Shown here: positions 7,744 to 17,909 of the stretch, piece by piece | Numbering within the stretch: the stretch's first letter is position 1 | Layout of the letters: every line of letters begins with the position of its first letter | Source of the DNA: a bacterium | GTDB taxonomy: Bacteria > Latescibacterota > UBA2968 | Assembly: GCA_027296045.1 (NCBI GenBank) | Contig: JAPUJS010000154.1 | Location: 1 to 37,471 of the forward strand | Direction of reading: 5' to 3' | Length of the DNA stretch: 37,471 nt | Notes under the pieces: model-generated | Told to the model about the DNA's origin: nothing | The model's database searches: none | The model's input: only the letters and a program-made list of their open reading frames with translations | Program-made: the position numbers and the translations under genes

Positions 7744-8604
7744 GTGGCGAAAGCGACAGCCTCTATGGATATCAAAGACTCGCTCCACCGCTACTTGGAA
7801 GATGTTGCTACCTCCCAACCCCTCTCGGCAAAAGATGAAGTTAAACTCGCCATCCGGATTAAAAAAGGCGACCTAAAAGCCCGCGCCAAACTGGTGGAAG
7901 CCAATTTGCGCTTTGTCATCACGGTGGCCAGAGAATACCCCAACCAGGGCGTTCCCCTGGTCGATCTGATCAGTGCCGGTAACATCGGACTGATCACGGC
8001 TGCCGAGCGATTTGACGAAACCAAAGGCTTTAAATTCATTTCCTATGCCGTCTGGTGGATCCGTCAATCCATCCTCCAAACCCTGGCGGAGCACTCCCGA
8101 GTCGTGCGCCTTCCGCTCAACCGAGTTGATCTGTTGCGACGCATCTCCCGCTATACCAACAACCGGCAACAGGAAACTTCCAGTCGGCCGGCCGAAGAAG
8201 AAATCGCCGAAGAACTCGGCATCACGACCGAGCAGGTGGTGGACACGCTTACCAGCGGACAGCGCGTTCTCTCTCTGGACGCCACCTTTGGAGACGACGA
8301 CGAAAACAGCCTGCTGGAAATCATGCCCGACAGAACCCAGGAAGCGCCCGACGAACAGGCCCTGCGAAACTCTCTGGAAGACGAAATCGCTGCGGCCCTG
8401 GACAGCCTCGACGACCGCGAGCGGGAGGTCATCCGCCTCTACTTCGGCCTGGGCGGCGTGCAGGAAATGACCCTGGAAGAAATCGGCATGCAATTTCGAC
8501 TCACCCGGGAACGCGTTCGACAGATCAAGGAAAAAGCCCTTCGAAAATTGCGACACCCAACCCGGGGTCGAAAATTGATTGCTTATACCGAAGAAAACGG
8601 CTGA
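7744..8604 (+). CDS. RNA polymerase sigma factor, sigma-70 family (compact RpoD/RpoS-like, no region 1.1)
   Basis: 286 aa. Regions by eye: 1.2 (YLEDV...PLSAKDE), 2 (LVEANLRFVITVAREY...DLISAGNIGLITAAERFD...GFKFISYAVWWIRQSI), 3, and 4.2 (LEEIGMQFRLTRERVRQIKEKALRKLRHP). GTG start with GAGGTGA 6 nt upstream. Confidence 0.9.
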   Translation: MAKATASMDIKDSLHRYLEDVATSQPLSAKDEVKLAIRIKKGDLKARAKLVEANLRFVITVAREYPNQGVPLVDLISAGNIGLITAAERFDETKGFKFISYAVWWIRQSILQTLAEHSRVVRLPLNRVDLLRRISRYTNNRQQETSSRPAEEEIAEELGITTEQVVDTLTSGQRVLSLDATFGDDDENSLLEIMPDRTQEAPDEQALRNSLEDEIAAALDSLDDREREVIRLYFGLGGVQEMTLEEIGMQFRLTRERVRQIKEKALRKLRHPTRGRKLIAYTEENG

Positions 8605-8624
8605 GTCGACAGATCAAAAAAAGC

Positions 8625-8660
8625 AAAAAGGGTGAACCGATTGGTTCACCCTTTTTTTTA
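8625..8660. terminator. Bidirectional rho-independent terminator between the convergent sigma and murD genes
   Basis: A run, then a 10-bp stem AGGGTGAACC (8629-8638) / GGTTCACCCT (8643-8652) with loop GATT, then a T7 run. Confidence 0.8.
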
Positions 8661-8689
8661 GGCTTTCGTACCATAGCCCAATAACGCCT

Positions 8690-10060
8690 TCAAAGCCTCT
8701 CGCATACCAGTTGTTTAAATCTCTCCCCTCGTTCTTCAAAATTTCGAAACATATCATAACTGGCCGAAGCAGGGGAAAGCAGCACCACATCTCCGTTTTG
8801 AGCGACCGACTTCGCCACACAAACTGCATCTTCAAGCGTCTCGGCCCGATGGAAAACCACACGCCCATCTCGGGGCACAGCACCCGCAATGGCGTCTCCC
8901 GTCTTTCCCATGAGAATCAGATCACACACCTTTTCGGCAATCACCGGCCCCAAACGGTCAAACGCCAATCCCTTATCGGATCCCCCTGCAATCAAAACCA
9001 CCCGTCCCGAAAACGCCTCCAACGCCACACGGGTCCGATCGGGAGAAGTCGCAATCGAATCGTTATAATAGGTGATGCCGTCGACTTCGGCCACACGTTC
9101 CAACCGGTGTGCGACCCCTGAAAATTCTCGGACCGCCTCCACAATCTTCTGCGGACACACCCCCATCCGCAAAGCAGCGCCCGAAGCGGCCAGCGCGTTG
9201 GCCAGGTTATGCCGTCCGGTAAGCCGGATCTCCTCCGCCCCACAAAGTGTCTGGACAGGGCCGGTATCTTGATAACAAATCTCGTTTGCATCCAAAAAAA
9301 TACCCGGCACCGATTTGGTACACAGGCCAAACGCAAATCGCCTGGCATCTCCCTGTATCACCCATCCGTTTACTTCCGCATCGTCTGCATTTACCACCGC
9401 AACCCCATCTTCCCCCTGGTGTGCTACAATCTGATACTTGGCCCTGCGATAGGCATCCAAAGATCCGTGGACGTCCAGGTGATTGGGAGCAAAATTCGTC
9501 ACCACCGCAACCTTCGGGCTCCAGGGCAAATCGCCCAGATAATCCAATTGAAAACTGGACAGTTCCAAAATGACAGGGGTTTCTTTTTTCATATGATCCA
9601 ACTGTCCCAACAAAGATGCACCGATATTGCCCCCAACAAACGTTCCGGGATGATGGCGACGGACCATTTCAAATAGCAACGACGTGGTCGTTGTTTTTCC
9701 ACTGCTTCCTGTCACCCCCACCACCGGGGCTGGACAGCGCTCTACAAACAGACAAATCTCTGTGCTAATCGGAATCCCGGCGGCTTCTGCAAGCTTTAAA
9801 AAAGCCGAAGACCGGGGCACTCCGGGATTGGCCACAATCAGATCGGCCGATTGAAAATCGGCGGTGTCGTGTCCCCCCAGTTTCAACGTGATCGAACACC
9901 CGTCTAGTTTCTCAAGAGACGCTCTCAAATCGCTTGCAGGCCGCAAATCCGTTACCGTGACCCTGGCACCTTCTCGACAGAGAAAACGCACGGCCCCCAC
10001 ACCACCGCCAAAAACCCCCAGCCCCATCACCACAACCCGTTTTCCCTTCAGCGACCTCAC
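8690..10060 (-). CDS. murD: UDP-N-acetylmuramoylalanine--D-glutamate ligase
   Basis: N-terminal Rossmann segment KGKRVVVMGLGVFGGGVG, the Mur ligase P-loop GVTGSSGKTTTTSL, and the C-terminal SPASASYDMFRNFEERG. I place the start at GTG 10060 (VRSLKGKRVVV...), which overlaps the upstream TGA as GTGA. The 222-nt upstream extension in the ORF track overlaps the preceding gene and has no MurD-like sequence. Confidence 0.9.
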   Translation of the reverse strand: MRSLKGKRVVVMGLGVFGGGVGAVRFLCREGARVTVTDLRPASDLRASLEKLDGCSITLKLGGHDTADFQSADLIVANPGVPRSSAFLKLAEAAGIPISTEICLFVERCPAPVVGVTGSSGKTTTTSLLFEMVRRHHPGTFVGGNIGASLLGQLDHMKKETPVILELSSFQLDYLGDLPWSPKVAVVTNFAPNHLDVHGSLDAYRRAKYQIVAHQGEDGVAVVNADDAEVNGWVIQGDARRFAFGLCTKSVPGIFLDANEICYQDTGPVQTLCGAEEIRLTGRHNLANALAASGAALRMGVCPQKIVEAVREFSGVAHRLERVAEVDGITYYNDSIATSPDRTRVALEAFSGRVVLIAGGSDKGLAFDRLGPVIAEKVCDLILMGKTGDAIAGAVPRDGRVVFHRAETLEDAVCVAKSVAQNGDVVLLSPASASYDMFRNFEERGERFKQLVCERL

Positions 10061-11004
10061 AGATCTCGCCCCTCCAAAACAAACATCAACACTTCGGCCA
10101 TGGTGATCAAATCCAGCGCATTGTGGTGCAAAATATCCCGCATCTGCACCGCATTTCCTGTTTGCACAAACCGATGGTACGCATCCGGGATTTCGGATCC
10201 TGGAATATCCCCTTTTCGGATCCGTTTGCAGATATATTTCTCCAGCGTCTGCAGCTTGCAATTTGGCAACTGGGCTCGCCACCGTCGCCTGGCAACATGC
10301 AACAGATCAATATGGTCCTGCCACAATCGAAACGGCACATTCATAAAAATCGACCGGTCGCGAATATAGGGTAAATCGTAGGTCTTTCCATTAAAACTAA
10401 CCACCACCTGAGAGGCCTCCAACACCCCCGAAAAATGCATGAGCAGTGCCACTTCTTCGGTGTAGTCTCGCGCCAGAAATTGCTGCACCCGCAGCGATCC
10501 CCCCGAAAAAACAAGCGCCCCCACGAGAAAAAGCGGCGTGCCGGCAGTCAGGCCGGTTGCCTCAATATCGACATACAACAAGCCCTCTGCCCCCACCGTT
10601 GCCAGCGGGTCAAAGGTCTGATACCGATCGGCCGGCACTGCCGCCCTATCCAAATCTGTTAGCGTCTGGACATAACGTGTCTGAAAACCATCTCCGCCGC
10701 CCGGCAAAACCTCTTGAAACGACCGGTCCATCAACAGAAATTGCCCCGCCTCATTTTCCACTTCCACACCCGGTGCAACATCCTGTAGCGCGAGCTTCAA
10801 CCGGGCATCTGAAGCGGTTGGCCCAACACGCAGCTCATCCGGGGCAGGCGGATCGGCAGGGGGCACACTGGGGGACGATTTCGTCCTGCGTTTCTGCTCG
10901 GGCCTGCGTTGCGGTGCTGCTTCTTTCTGATCCACAACGGGTTCAGGCTGGAGGCTTTTTTTATTCAAAGCGGCAATCCGCTTCCGCAAATCTTCAGATA
11001 ACAT
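10057..11004 (-). CDS. RNase H-like (YprB-type, 3'-5' exonuclease fold) domain protein with a disordered Lys/Pro-rich N-terminus
   Basis: The C-terminal ~180 aa (LLYVDIEATGL...VVSFNGKTYDLPYIRDR...HIDLLHVARRRW...LQTLEKY...HNALDLITMAEV) match the DEDD-like RNase_H_2 pattern. The N-terminal ~100 aa are low-complexity. Confidence 0.7.
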   Translation of the reverse strand: MLSEDLRKRIAALNKKSLQPEPVVDQKEAAPQRRPEQKRRTKSSPSVPPADPPAPDELRVGPTASDARLKLALQDVAPGVEVENEAGQFLLMDRSFQEVLPGGGDGFQTRYVQTLTDLDRAAVPADRYQTFDPLATVGAEGLLYVDIEATGLTAGTPLFLVGALVFSGGSLRVQQFLARDYTEEVALLMHFSGVLEASQVVVSFNGKTYDLPYIRDRSIFMNVPFRLWQDHIDLLHVARRRWRAQLPNCKLQTLEKYICKRIRKGDIPGSEIPDAYHRFVQTGNAVQMRDILHHNALDLITMAEVLMFVLEGRDL

Positions 11005-11128
11005 AGCACCAGACCATCAGGGTCAAAGGTGGAGGCAAGCTTTGATCGAATATACCTGCATCGGGTTGGGAAAGTCAAGCCTGCGTCTTCGAAAATAATA
11101 CTGGCTTCCAACCTGTAGATGCATTATT

Positions 11129-13099
11129 ATGAAACCACCAATTTTCAGTAAAATCAAACTGCCAAGGAGTTTATCCCGTTTGCGTTTCTCTTATCGAACC
11201 ACTGTGCTTTATCTCTCCCTGGTTCTCTCCGGTTGCCTGGCCCCAGATCCCGGTCGAGATTTGGGTGGACAGGTTGAATCCCAGGCAAAAACCGCTCCGG
11301 TTCAGCAAAAAACCCAGGCACCCTTGCACATCGATCCAGCCATTCTTCTGAACCGGTCATTCAAAGAAGCGCCCGTGCTGGCCGAAAAAGTCAAGCGTGG
11401 CGAACTGCCTCCCGTCTCCGAACGTTTGCCTGAAAACCCACTCATCGTCGTGCCCCTGGAGCAGATTGGCCAATACGGCGGCACCCTTCGACGCGCACTG
11501 ACTGGCGATATTATCCAGACCGCGGGTGTTAATAAGACCCTAAGCGAAAACCTGATGGGTTTTGAACGCCCGGTTCCAAAAAGCATTCGGCTCGAACTGG
11601 CCGAAAGCTACAAATTCCAGGATGGGGGAAAAACCGCCATTTTCAAAATCCGGAAAGGCATCAAGTGGTCCGACGGTCATCCGTTCACCGTCGACGACAT
11701 CCTTTTCTGGTATTACGATATGACGCTCAACGACGACGCCCGCGATGCTGTCCTGCCCCCCAGCGTCTGGTTCGTCGACGATGATCCGATTCAGATGGCC
11801 AAAGTGGACGATTACACCTTGAAAATCTACTCGCAAAGGCCTTTGGGGCGCGTTCTACATGCCCTGAGTACGAGCGAGATCGCCGCCCCCAAACATATCC
11901 TGGCGCGATTGCATCCCAAATACAACCCCGCATCCACTTACGAGACTTTCCGGGACAGTACCACCAGTGCCCAGCGTCTCATGAAACCAGGAATCCCGCG
12001 CCTGTCGGCCTGGGTCCCGACGGGGTGGGTTCGGGGACAACGCATTGTTTACGAACGCAACCCCTATTACTGGAAAATCGATACGGAAGGCAACCAGCTT
12101 CCTTACGCCGATCGCATCGTTTTCACTGTGATACAGGATCCGCAAGTCATCCTGCTCAAATTTATCAACGGCGAACTGGACCTCTTCGGACGCTATTCCC
12201 GCATCAATATGTTTCCCACGCTTCGCGCCGAAGAACAGAAGGGGAAATTCAAACTTCGCATCACGGGTCCGGAACGAGGACCGGCCTATTATCTCAATTG
12301 GGACGCCCCCAAACCCGCCCTGCGAGAAGCCTTTAGCAACCTGAAGGTCCGGCAGGCGCTTTCTCACGCCATCAACCGTGAGGAAATCAACCAGATTGTC
12401 TATCACGGCCTGCTGGACAATTCGGGCTATTCCTTTGGCCCCTCGAATCCCTACTTTTCAAAAGAAACCTATTTTAAATATACGGCATTCGACCCCGATA
12501 AAGCCCGTGCTCTGCTCGACGAAGCCGGCTATCGAGACATCAACGGCGACGGTTTCCGGGAACTCAAAGACGGCTCCCGTTTTGAAATGAACATCGATGT
12601 GATCCCCGGCGTGGGCGTAGACGTCTCTCAGTTGGTGGCCGAGCATTGGATCGCCGTCGGCATCAAAACCAATCTCAATATTTCGCTTCGAGACATCATC
12701 TGGCCCCGAAGGCTGAACGGCGAATTCGACATCCATCACTGGGGCCTGGAAGGTCCGGCCGATCCGCTGGGCCGCCTCAATGACTGGGCAATCATGGCCT
12801 CCACAGTACCTTTCTGGCATCGGAATGCCTCTCAAAACGGGCCTTCCTGGCTGCACGAAGCCACCCGATTTATCAAGCTGGCCACCACAACGGTAGACAC
12901 GGCCGAAATTCGGGACTACATGACCCGTGTCCGGGACCTTCACACCGACAACATCCCAGTCATCGTCTGCGGCTCGGCCTATCATGTCTGGGGCGCCAAC
13001 ACCCGCCTGGGCAATGTCCCCTTCGACGGCAGCGCTGCCGACGTCTACCGGGGCTGGAGCCGCCCGGTGTTTCACGAACAAATTTTCATCAAACAGTAA
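11129..13099 (+). CDS. ABC transporter substrate-binding lipoprotein, family 5 (peptide/nickel type)
   Basis: 656 aa with a lipobox LVLSGC. The overall SBP_bac_5-like pattern (WSDGHPFTVDDILFWY..., NPYYWK, LDEAGY.D.NGDG) and its position at the head of a Dpp/Opp-type operon support the call. Confidence 0.85.
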   Translation: MKPPIFSKIKLPRSLSRLRFSYRTTVLYLSLVLSGCLAPDPGRDLGGQVESQAKTAPVQQKTQAPLHIDPAILLNRSFKEAPVLAEKVKRGELPPVSERLPENPLIVVPLEQIGQYGGTLRRALTGDIIQTAGVNKTLSENLMGFERPVPKSIRLELAESYKFQDGGKTAIFKIRKGIKWSDGHPFTVDDILFWYYDMTLNDDARDAVLPPSVWFVDDDPIQMAKVDDYTLKIYSQRPLGRVLHALSTSEIAAPKHILARLHPKYNPASTYETFRDSTTSAQRLMKPGIPRLSAWVPTGWVRGQRIVYERNPYYWKIDTEGNQLPYADRIVFTVIQDPQVILLKFINGELDLFGRYSRINMFPTLRAEEQKGKFKLRITGPERGPAYYLNWDAPKPALREAFSNLKVRQALSHAINREEINQIVYHGLLDNSGYSFGPSNPYFSKETYFKYTAFDPDKARALLDEAGYRDINGDGFRELKDGSRFEMNIDVIPGVGVDVSQLVAEHWIAVGIKTNLNISLRDIIWPRRLNGEFDIHHWGLEGPADPLGRLNDWAIMASTVPFWHRNASQNGPSWLHEATRFIKLATTTVDTAEIRDYMTRVRDLHTDNIPVIVCGSAYHVWGANTRLGNVPFDGSAADVYRGWSRPVFHEQIFIKQ

Positions 13100-13139
13100 A
13101 ATAATCCGCTTTGGCCCACTCATTTTTGGAGCAACCTTT

Positions 13140-14138
13140 ATGGTCCCCTACATCATCCGCCGTTTATTACACATGATCCCCACACTGATCCTGATCTCGA
13201 TGGTCAGTTTTGTGGTCATCCAGGCCCCTCCGGGCGACATGCTCACCTCCCGAATGGCCGAACTGGCCGAACAGGGGGAAATGGGTTCCGAAAGCGCCAT
13301 GGCCCAGATCGAAGCCCTGAGAGAACGCTATGGCCTGAACGACCCCCTCTACGTACAGTATTTTCGTTGGATTGGCAAAATCGTCCTGGAAGGCGACTTC
13401 GGGGAATCCTTCACCTACGAAATGGACGTGATCGAGCTTCTGGGCGAACGCCTTGGACTCACCCTCATCCTCACCCTGTCCACCCTGATCTTCACCTGGG
13501 TGGTTGCCATCCCCATCGGCGTCTACTCCGCCACCCATGCCTATTCTCTGGGTGATTACGGCTTCACCCTGATAGGTTTTATCGGCCTGGCCACCCCCAA
13601 TTTTATGCTGGCCCTGATCATCATGTTCACCCAGGTAACCGTCTTCCATACCGAATCGGTCGGCGGCCTCCTCTCCCCTGAATTTATCGGCGCATCCTGG
13701 TCCCTGGCCAAAGTAGGCGATCTGCTTGCCCACATCTGGGTCCCTATTGTCGTCATTGGTACCGGCGGCACGGCAACGGTCATCCGCATTATGCGCGGCA
13801 ACCTGCTGGATGTGCTGGGTCAACAACACATTCAAACCGGACGAGCCAAGGGATTAACAGAACGCAAAGTCATCGCCAAATACGGCGTTCGCATCGCCAT
13901 CAACCCCCTGGTCAGCCGCGTAGGCACCGAACTTCCCAACCTGCTTTCCGGTGCCGTGGTCACCGGCATTGTCCTGGGACTCCCCACAGCAGGTCCCGTC
14001 TTTCTGACCGCTTTAACCTCTCAAGACATGTTCCTGGCCGGGGCCTTTCTATTGTTGTCCGCAACCTTCCTTCTCTTAGGCAATCTCCTGGCCGACATCG
14101 TCCTGGCCTGGCTCGACCCGAGGATCCGCTATGAGTAG
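13140..14138 (+). CDS. ABC transporter permease (DppB/OppB-like)
   Basis: The ATG at 13140 gives MVPYIIRRLLHMIPTLILISMVSFVVIQAPPGD, the canonical N-terminus of this family. RAKGLTERKVIAKYGVRIAINPLV is the EAA-loop region. The ORF-track extension back to 12927 overlaps the SBP gene. Confidence 0.9.
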   Translation: MVPYIIRRLLHMIPTLILISMVSFVVIQAPPGDMLTSRMAELAEQGEMGSESAMAQIEALRERYGLNDPLYVQYFRWIGKIVLEGDFGESFTYEMDVIELLGERLGLTLILTLSTLIFTWVVAIPIGVYSATHAYSLGDYGFTLIGFIGLATPNFMLALIIMFTQVTVFHTESVGGLLSPEFIGASWSLAKVGDLLAHIWVPIVVIGTGGTATVIRIMRGNLLDVLGQQHIQTGRAKGLTERKVIAKYGVRIAINPLVSRVGTELPNLLSGAVVTGIVLGLPTAGPVFLTALTSQDMFLAGAFLLLSATFLLLGNLLADIVLAWLDPRIRYE

Positions 14139-15276
14139 CTTACCCGAAACGGTACAACCAGTGGTAGAACCCCTTCGAGACGAAAAAACCGCCTCCACAG
14201 CGACCTATTCACAGCGGAAGCTCATCTGGAGACGCTTCAAAAAACACAAGGCAGGGGTGATCGGCGGATACATTGTTATCCTCATGTATGTCTGTGTCTT
14301 CCTGGGTGAAATCCTATCCCCCCACAACATCAACCACCGATATTTTAAGTTCGTTCACCTGCCTGCCCAGCGCATCCATTTCTTCTCGGAGGAAGGCTTC
14401 CACTTTCAGCCCTTTGTCTATGGCATCCAAGGCCACTCGGACCGCAGCACAGGCATCAAAACCTACACCGAAGACGCCTCCAAACGGTATCCGATATCCC
14501 TCTTTGTTCGTGGTGATTCCTATTCCTTCTACGGCCTTTTAGAAAGCGACCTCCACCTCTTTGGGACCGGGAAGGACAACCCCATGTTCTTACTCGGCAC
14601 CGACCGATTTGGTCGCGACCTCCTCTCCCGGATCGTTGTGGGCGGCCGCGTCACCCTCACCATCGGCCTGTTCGCCGTCTTCATCAGCCTGACCCTGGGA
14701 TCCACCCTGGGCGTCATCTCGGGTTATTATGGTGGCAATGTGGACAATGTCATCCAACGCATCATCGAGCTCATCTTTGCCTTCCCCTCCATTCCAATCT
14801 TAATGGCTCTCAGTGCCATCTTACCCCCCGAATGGCCCTCACACTTTGTGTTCATGGGCATCGTCACTGTGCTCTCTCTCATCGGTTGGGGAAGACTTGC
14901 GCGCGAGATCCGGGGGAAAACCCTGGCCATCCGTGATGCCGACTTTGTCCTGGCCGCACGGGTTGCAGGTGCTCGGGATCGACGCATTATTTTCCGCCAC
15001 CTGTTGCCCACCATGCTCAGCCACATCATTGTGATCGCAACCCTGGCCATTCCCATTTTCATTTTGAGCGAAAGCACGCTCAGCTTCCTCGGCCTGGGCA
15101 TCAAACCCCCCATGACCAGCTGGGGCCTGCTCCTTTCGGAGGCCATGAACATCCATTCGCTCAGCCTCTACCCCTGGCTGCTCATCCCCGGCGGCTGCAT
15201 CCTTGTTGCGGTATTGGCCTTTAACTTTCTCGGCGACGGCCTGCGAGACGCCGCCGATCCTTATTCCAGTCGATAA
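14131..15276 (+). CDS. ABC transporter permease (DppC/OppC-like)
   Basis: Its ATG overlaps the upstream stop. Motifs: LGTDRFGRDLLSRIVVG and AARVAGARDRRIIFRHLLPTMLSHIIV. Confidence 0.9.
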   Translation: MSSLPETVQPVVEPLRDEKTASTATYSQRKLIWRRFKKHKAGVIGGYIVILMYVCVFLGEILSPHNINHRYFKFVHLPAQRIHFFSEEGFHFQPFVYGIQGHSDRSTGIKTYTEDASKRYPISLFVRGDSYSFYGLLESDLHLFGTGKDNPMFLLGTDRFGRDLLSRIVVGGRVTLTIGLFAVFISLTLGSTLGVISGYYGGNVDNVIQRIIELIFAFPSIPILMALSAILPPEWPSHFVFMGIVTVLSLIGWGRLAREIRGKTLAIRDADFVLAARVAGARDRRIIFRHLLPTMLSHIIVIATLAIPIFILSESTLSFLGLGIKPPMTSWGLLLSEAMNIHSLSLYPWLLIPGGCILVAVLAFNFLGDGLRDAADPYSSR

Positions 15277-15329
15277 TACCGATCCGAGTCAGTTGGTTCT
15301 CAAAACTCGGAACTTCATCGGGACAACCC

Positions 15330-16346
15330 ATGGCGCAAACAAATACAACAACACCCCTTCTGGACATTCGCAATCTAAAAACCTACTTCTACACCGACGA
15401 CGGCGTGGTCCGGGCCGTAGATGGGGTATCCCTTTCCATTGGCCAGAGCGAAACCCTCGGCGTGGTTGGCGAAAGTGGCTGCGGCAAAAGCATCACGGCC
15501 TTTTCCACCATGCGTTTGATCCCCAGCCCTCCGGGAAAGATTGAAGAAGGCGAAATCCTGTTTCAGCAATCGGAAGGCAAAGACCCCGTTGATTTGACCC
15601 AGTTGAATGCGACAGGTGCCCAAATGCGCGGCATCCGAGGCAACGACATCGCCATGATTTTCCAGGAACCCATGACCTCACTCAGCCCGGTTCACACCAT
15701 CGGCAACCAGATCAGCGAAGCCATTGAACTTCACCAAGATGTGGCCAAAGCCGAAGCCCGGAAACGCGTCATCGAAGCCTTGCGCAAAGTGCGCCTGCCC
15801 AACCCCGAACGCCAGGTAGACGCCTATCCGCACGAGCTCTCCGGCGGCATGCGCCAACGCGCAATGATCGCCATGGCCTTGTCCTGCAATCCCGCCTTGC
15901 TGATTGCCGATGAACCCACCACAGCCCTCGACGTGACCGTGCAGGCCCAGATTCTGGATTTGATGCGTCAGCTTCAAGAGGAAGTGGGCATGTCGATCAT
16001 GCTCATCACCCACGACCTGGGAGTTGTCGCAAGTATGGCCGACCACGTCGCTGTCATGTATCTCGGCAAAGTGGTAGAATATTCGGATGTACGGACCATC
16101 TTCAAAAACCCCAAACATCCCTATACCCAGGGCCTCTTAAAATCGATTCCCCAAATCGGCCAGAAGCAACGCCTCGTTCCCATCAAAGGGTCCATCCCCG
16201 ACCCCTTCGAAATTCCGTCCGGATGTGCGTTTGCACCCCGGTGCCCTCACGCATCAGACCAGTGTCGGCAAGAACCGCAGCTTTTGGAAGTCGAACCGGG
16301 CCACCAGGTCAGTTGCTGGCTGGAAACACCCCATCCTGTCTCTTAA
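15330..16346 (+). CDS. ABC transporter ATP-binding protein (DppD/OppD-like)
   Basis: Walker A GESGCGKS, signature LSGGMRQR, Walker [13 protein letters not shown], and a C-terminal oligopeptide-type Cys motif (GCAFAPRCP...C). Confidence 0.9.
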   Translation: MAQTNTTTPLLDIRNLKTYFYTDDGVVRAVDGVSLSIGQSETLGVVGESGCGKSITAFSTMRLIPSPPGKIEEGEILFQQSEGKDPVDLTQLNATGAQMRGIRGNDIAMIFQEPMTSLSPVHTIGNQISEAIELHQDVAKAEARKRVIEALRKVRLPNPERQVDAYPHELSGGMRQRAMIAMALSCNPALLIADEPTTALDVTVQAQILDLMRQLQEEVGMSIMLITHDLGVVASMADHVAVMYLGKVVEYSDVRTIFKNPKHPYTQGLLKSIPQIGQKQRLVPIKGSIPDPFEIPSGCAFAPRCPHASDQCRQEPQLLEVEPGHQVSCWLETPHPVS

Positions 16347-16361
16347 GCAAAGGCAAGCCCT

Positions 16362-17384
16362 ATGGACACCCAACCCCTCATGGAAGTCGAAAATCTCAAA
16401 ACCTATTTCCCCATTAAAAAGGGCATCTGGCGAAAAGTTGTCGGACACGTCAAAGCCGTCGACGGGGTCTCTTTTACTTTACACCGGGGAGAAACATTGG
16501 GGCTGGTTGGTGAAAGCGGGTGCGGGAAGACCACCACCGGCCGTTCGATGATTCGGCTGATCGAGCCCACCGACGGAAAGATCACCTTCCACCACAACGG
16601 CCAGGCCATCGACCTTCGAAGCCTCGACAAAGAAGCCATGCGGGCACTCCGGCGAGAACTCCAATACATTTTCCAGGACCCCTTTTCCTCCCTCAACCCC
16701 CGCATGCCCGTCTTCAGTATTGTCGCCGAACCGTTGATCATCAACCAGATTGCCTCCGGATCTGAACTCGAAGACCGCGTCGAGCAACTCCTCATTCGCG
16801 TGGGGCTGCACCCGGACCACCTCAGACGGTATCCCCACGCCTTTTCCGGTGGCCAGCGCCAGCGCATCGGAATCGCCCGGGCACTTGCCCTGACGCCCAG
16901 CCTCATCATTGCCGACGAACCCGTCTCGGCACTCGACGTCTCCGTGCAGGCCCAGGTCCTCAATCTCATGGAAGACCTGCAGGAAGAATTTGATCTGACC
17001 TATCTCTTTATTGCCCATGACCTGAGCGTGGTAGAACACATTTCCGACCGGGTTGCCGTGATGTATCTCGGACAAATCATCGAAGTCACAGAAGCCAACC
17101 GCCTCTACGAAAACCCCCTCCATCCCTATACCGCAGCCCTGCTTTCGGCCGTCCCGGTCGCCGACCCAGACGATGCCCGAAACCGCATCCCCATCGAAGG
17201 CGATGTCCCCGATCCGGCCGATGCGCCCCCCGGCTGCAAATTTCACCCGCGCTGTCCCTTTGTCCAGGACCAGTGCCGGACCGAAGAACCGGCACTGCGC
17301 GAAATTGAAGACGGACATCAGGCCAGTTGTCATTTTGCAGGCGAATTGGCATTGGACGAACTCCATCAAGTCCAGGTGCTATGA
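16362..17384 (+). CDS. ABC transporter ATP-binding protein (DppF/OppF-like)
   Basis: Walker A GESGCGKT, signature FSGGQRQR, Walker [13 protein letters not shown], and C-terminal [10 protein letters not shown]. Confidence 0.9.
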   Translation: MDTQPLMEVENLKTYFPIKKGIWRKVVGHVKAVDGVSFTLHRGETLGLVGESGCGKTTTGRSMIRLIEPTDGKITFHHNGQAIDLRSLDKEAMRALRRELQYIFQDPFSSLNPRMPVFSIVAEPLIINQIASGSELEDRVEQLLIRVGLHPDHLRRYPHAFSGGQRQRIGIARALALTPSLIIADEPVSALDVSVQAQVLNLMEDLQEEFDLTYLFIAHDLSVVEHISDRVAVMYLGQIIEVTEANRLYENPLHPYTAALLSAVPVADPDDARNRIPIEGDVPDPADAPPGCKFHPRCPFVQDQCRTEEPALREIEDGHQASCHFAGELALDELHQVQVL

Positions 17385-17905
17385 AAGAAAAGATTGAAAT
17401 TCTCCAGGGAGACATCACCCAACTATCCGTAGATGCCATTGTCAATGCCGCCAACACATCCTTGCTCGGGGGCGGGGGCGTCGACGGCGCCATTCACCGG
17501 GCGGCAGGACCAGCGCTTCTGGAAGAATGCCAGACACTTGGGGGCTGTGCTACGGGAGAAGCCAAAATCACCGGGGCATACAATCTCCCTGCCCGATACG
17601 TCATCCACACCCCCGGCCCCATCTGGCGGGGCGGACAAAACAACGAAGATTGCCTTCTGGCCAACTGCTATCAAAACAGCCTGTCTCTGATCACACAACA
17701 TCCTATCCAGACCATCGCCTTCCCCTCCATCAGCACGGGCATCTATGGATTTCCAGTAGACCGCGCCTGTCGCATTGCCCTGAAGGAAATTTGGGGCTTC
17801 CTTCAACATCATTATAATCTGCAAAAAGTCACCATCGTCTGTTTCTCCCCGGATGTGTACCACGCCTATATGCAGGCTCTCCAGGAAATCGACACTCAGG
17901 AATAA
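17381..17905 (+). CDS. Macro domain protein (O-acetyl-ADP-ribose deacetylase, YmdB-like)
   Basis: The ATG at 17381 overlaps the ATPase stop (ATGA). [43 protein letters not shown] is the classic macrodomain signature. Also present: ...HTPGPIW.. and [12 protein letters not shown]. Confidence 0.85.
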   Translation: MKEKIEILQGDITQLSVDAIVNAANTSLLGGGGVDGAIHRAAGPALLEECQTLGGCATGEAKITGAYNLPARYVIHTPGPIWRGGQNNEDCLLANCYQNSLSLITQHPIQTIAFPSISTGIYGFPVDRACRIALKEIWGFLQHHYNLQKVTIVCFSPDVYHAYMQALQEIDTQE

Positions 17906-17909
17906 ACCG

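Noticed and set aside
7873-8556. 227-aa ORF antisense to the sigma factor gene
   Set aside because: It is a shadow ORF. The sigma-70 regions 2-4 on the + strand are unambiguous.
10061-10282. N-terminal 74-aa extension of the murD ORF
   Set aside because: It overlaps the 3' end of the upstream RNase H-like gene and has no MurD-like sequence. The GTG at 10060 restores the normal distance to the GLG..G Rossmann motif.
12927-13139. N-terminal extension of the first permease ORF (similar extensions at 17327-17380, 17853-17909, 20537-20689, 21442-21501, 22487-22546 and 34848-34958)
   Set aside because: The extensions overlap upstream genes or promoters. The internal ATGs give canonical family N-termini or signal peptides and have better SDs.
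16479-17369. 296-aa ORF antisense to the second ABC ATPase gene (similar cases at 15678-16118, 12458-13123 and 13167-13835)
   Set aside because: The sense strands carry Walker A/B motifs, ABC signature motifs or permease motifs. The antisense products have no recognisable features.
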